DNA of 64,000 nucleotides from Candidatus Latescibacterota bacterium (lineage in GTDB: Bacteria > Latescibacterota > UBA2968 > UBA8231): positions 2,176,001-2,240,000 of the forward strand of contig CBDAOB010000005.1 in assembly GCA_965197905.1 (NCBI GenBank), read 5' to 3'. This document shows positions 62,819 to 64,000 of this stretch, piece by piece. A program made the translations under genes and the position numbers. Each line of letters begins with the position of its first letter. The stretch's first letter is position 1. Under the pieces are notes generated by a model. That model saw nothing but the letters and a program-made list of their open reading frames with translations. It had not been told where the DNA came from and did not search any database.

Positions 62819-63621
62819 TGAGCGTCCCAGTCAACGCGTCGGGAATCAAAAACGGGGCCGTCGACGCAGATCCTGCTGTACTTGGCGTAGTCGGATGCCC
62901 CGGCTCCGGAAACTGGCTTGACTTCGACCACACAGCCCACGCAGACCCCGAATCCGCACGCCATATATTCCTCCAGCGAGGCTTCGCAATGCACATCGAA
63001 TTCCTGGCATACAGCCGCTACCCGGGCCATCATCCCGTGCGGTCCGCACGTGAATACCGTGCAGTCCTTCGAAGATTCAAGTTCACGGACCAAGAGGTCG
63101 GTCACCATGCCTGCGTATCCCGCAGAACCATCATCCGTAGCCACGATAACCTGGTCAGCGGCCCGGCCCAGCAGGTCGGAGGGAAGCAGCTTTCGCACGG
63201 TGCGTGCCCCGGCCAGGAGGCGAACGCGGCCGCCACGGCTACGAACCTGATTGCCCAAGTAGAGCAAAGGCGGAACTCCGATACCACCGCCCACCAGAAG
63301 AAAACTCCCCTCGCCCTGAGGGTCGAACCCCCGACCGAGAGGACCCAGGCAACTCAGGATATCGCCGCGGCGGGCACGGGCAAGCGCCTGGCTCTTGGGA
63401 CCCATTGCCTCGTATAGAATCTCGACGACCCCCGCAGAAGGATCCACCCCACCGATGCTCAATGGAATCCTGAGAAATGGAGAGAGCTCCTCGGTGACCT
63501 GAATCTGGAGGAACTGGCCCGGAAAGGATCTCTCGGCGACCGCGGCGTTAATCAACCGAGCCAGATAAAAGTCCTCTGCCACCTCCTCGTTGGAAAGCAG
63601 CTCCGAAAGCAGATCCTGCAT
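62815..63621 (-). CDS. pyrK: Dihydroorotate dehydrogenase electron-transfer subunit
   Basis: PGQF, GPLGRGF, VGGGIGVPP, TDDGS.G, CGP..M, [2Fe-2S] motif MACGFGVCVGC...CVDGPVF. Confidence 0.95.
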   Translation of the reverse strand: MQDLLSELLSNEEVAEDFYLARLINAAVAERSFPGQFLQIQVTEELSPFLRIPLSIGGVDPSAGVVEILYEAMGPKSQALARARRGDILSCLGPLGRGFDPQGEGSFLLVGGGIGVPPLLYLGNQVRSRGGRVRLLAGARTVRKLLPSDLLGRAADQVIVATDDGSAGYAGMVTDLLVRELESSKDCTVFTCGPHGMMARVAAVCQEFDVHCEASLEEYMACGFGVCVGCVVEVKPVSGAGASDYAKYSRICVDGPVFDSRRVDWDAQ

Positions 63622-64000
63622 TACTCGGTCGTCTCCCCGGCATCGATTTCAGTGGGATTGCCGAAACCGATAGACAAGCTGTCTGGCACATCAGCTGTCG
63701 CGTTCATCGCGGAATCCCCGCTGTCTTCTGCCGCCCCGGGTTCCGTTTCGGTAGTTGCGACAAATTCTTCCGGTGGATAGACCGGCAGCGTCAGCTCAAC
63801 CCATGCACGCACCTCGAACTCATCACGGTCGAGTTGTTTGTCTACCCCTTCCGCGGGATAGAACAGGTAATCCCAGGCAGAATTCACCGCCGCGGAGGCG
63901 TAAGGCTCACGTCCATCGAACAGTTCCACTGCTTCTGGTTTGCCATCCCGCCCGACGAGGATGTCCAGAAGCACCTCCACCGAATCTCCGTTCGCCTGCG
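63621..64000 (-). CDS. Partial protein with TonB C-terminal-like domain and acidic tail (5' end outside the window)
   Basis: Frame is open to the window edge. VEVLLDILVGRDGKPEAVELFDG...ASAAVNSAWDYLFYPA resembles TonB_C. Its stop overlaps the pyrK ATG (TAATG). Confidence 0.55.
   Translation of the reverse strand, partial: QANGDSVEVLLDILVGRDGKPEAVELFDGREPYASAAVNSAWDYLFYPAEGVDKQLDRDEFEVRAWVELTLPVYPPEEFVATTETEPGAAEDSGDSAMNATADVPDSLSIGFGNPTEIDAGETTE

Overview
A 64 kb bacterial chromosomal segment with moderately high GC. Its core is a continuous minus-strand translation/transcription supercluster at ~9.8-38.6 kb: tRNA-Gly, tRNA-Thr, rpmG, tRNA-Trp, secE, nusG, rplKAJL, rpoBC, rpsLG, fusA, tuf, then the S10, spc and alpha operons. 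The organism is diderm (GT9 heptosyltransferase-like, RlpA and TonB-C-like genes). A poorly characterised FCB-group lineage such as Latescibacterota/Gemmatimonadota is my guess and is unverified. The left flank holds a ClpX-like ATPase, a lon + sigma54 enhancer-binding protein (bEBP) operon, two convergent hypothetical genes and rlmD. The right flank holds greA, sbcDC, ygfZ, a LarA-family racemase coupled to an FAD/Fe-S 2-hydroxyacid dehydrogenase, zapA, a PDZ + Gly/Asp-repeat protein, orphan infC, a PfkB kinase, an MFS-HEAT fusion, GT2-methyltransferase-GT2, hinT, orphan rplC, GT9, pcm, rlpA, pyrD-pyrK and a partial TonB-C-like gene. I saw no mobile elements, CRISPR arrays or rRNA genes. Main observations: (1) a sigma54-promoter-preceded lon operon whose bEBP has a pseudo-receiver, divergent from a PilZ-like protein whose two c-di-GMP motifs are split by an apparently duplicated domain, with a possible paralog next to it (best candidate for an undescribed module); (2) rplC missing from the S10 operon and present 36 kb away as a monocistron; (3) a consensus sigma54 site ahead of the tRNA/ribosomal supercluster; (4) tandem NrdR-like boxes over the zapA promoter; (5) a class 1B PyrD with Ser in place of the catalytic Cys. 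All calls are from reading motifs by eye; no searches were run.
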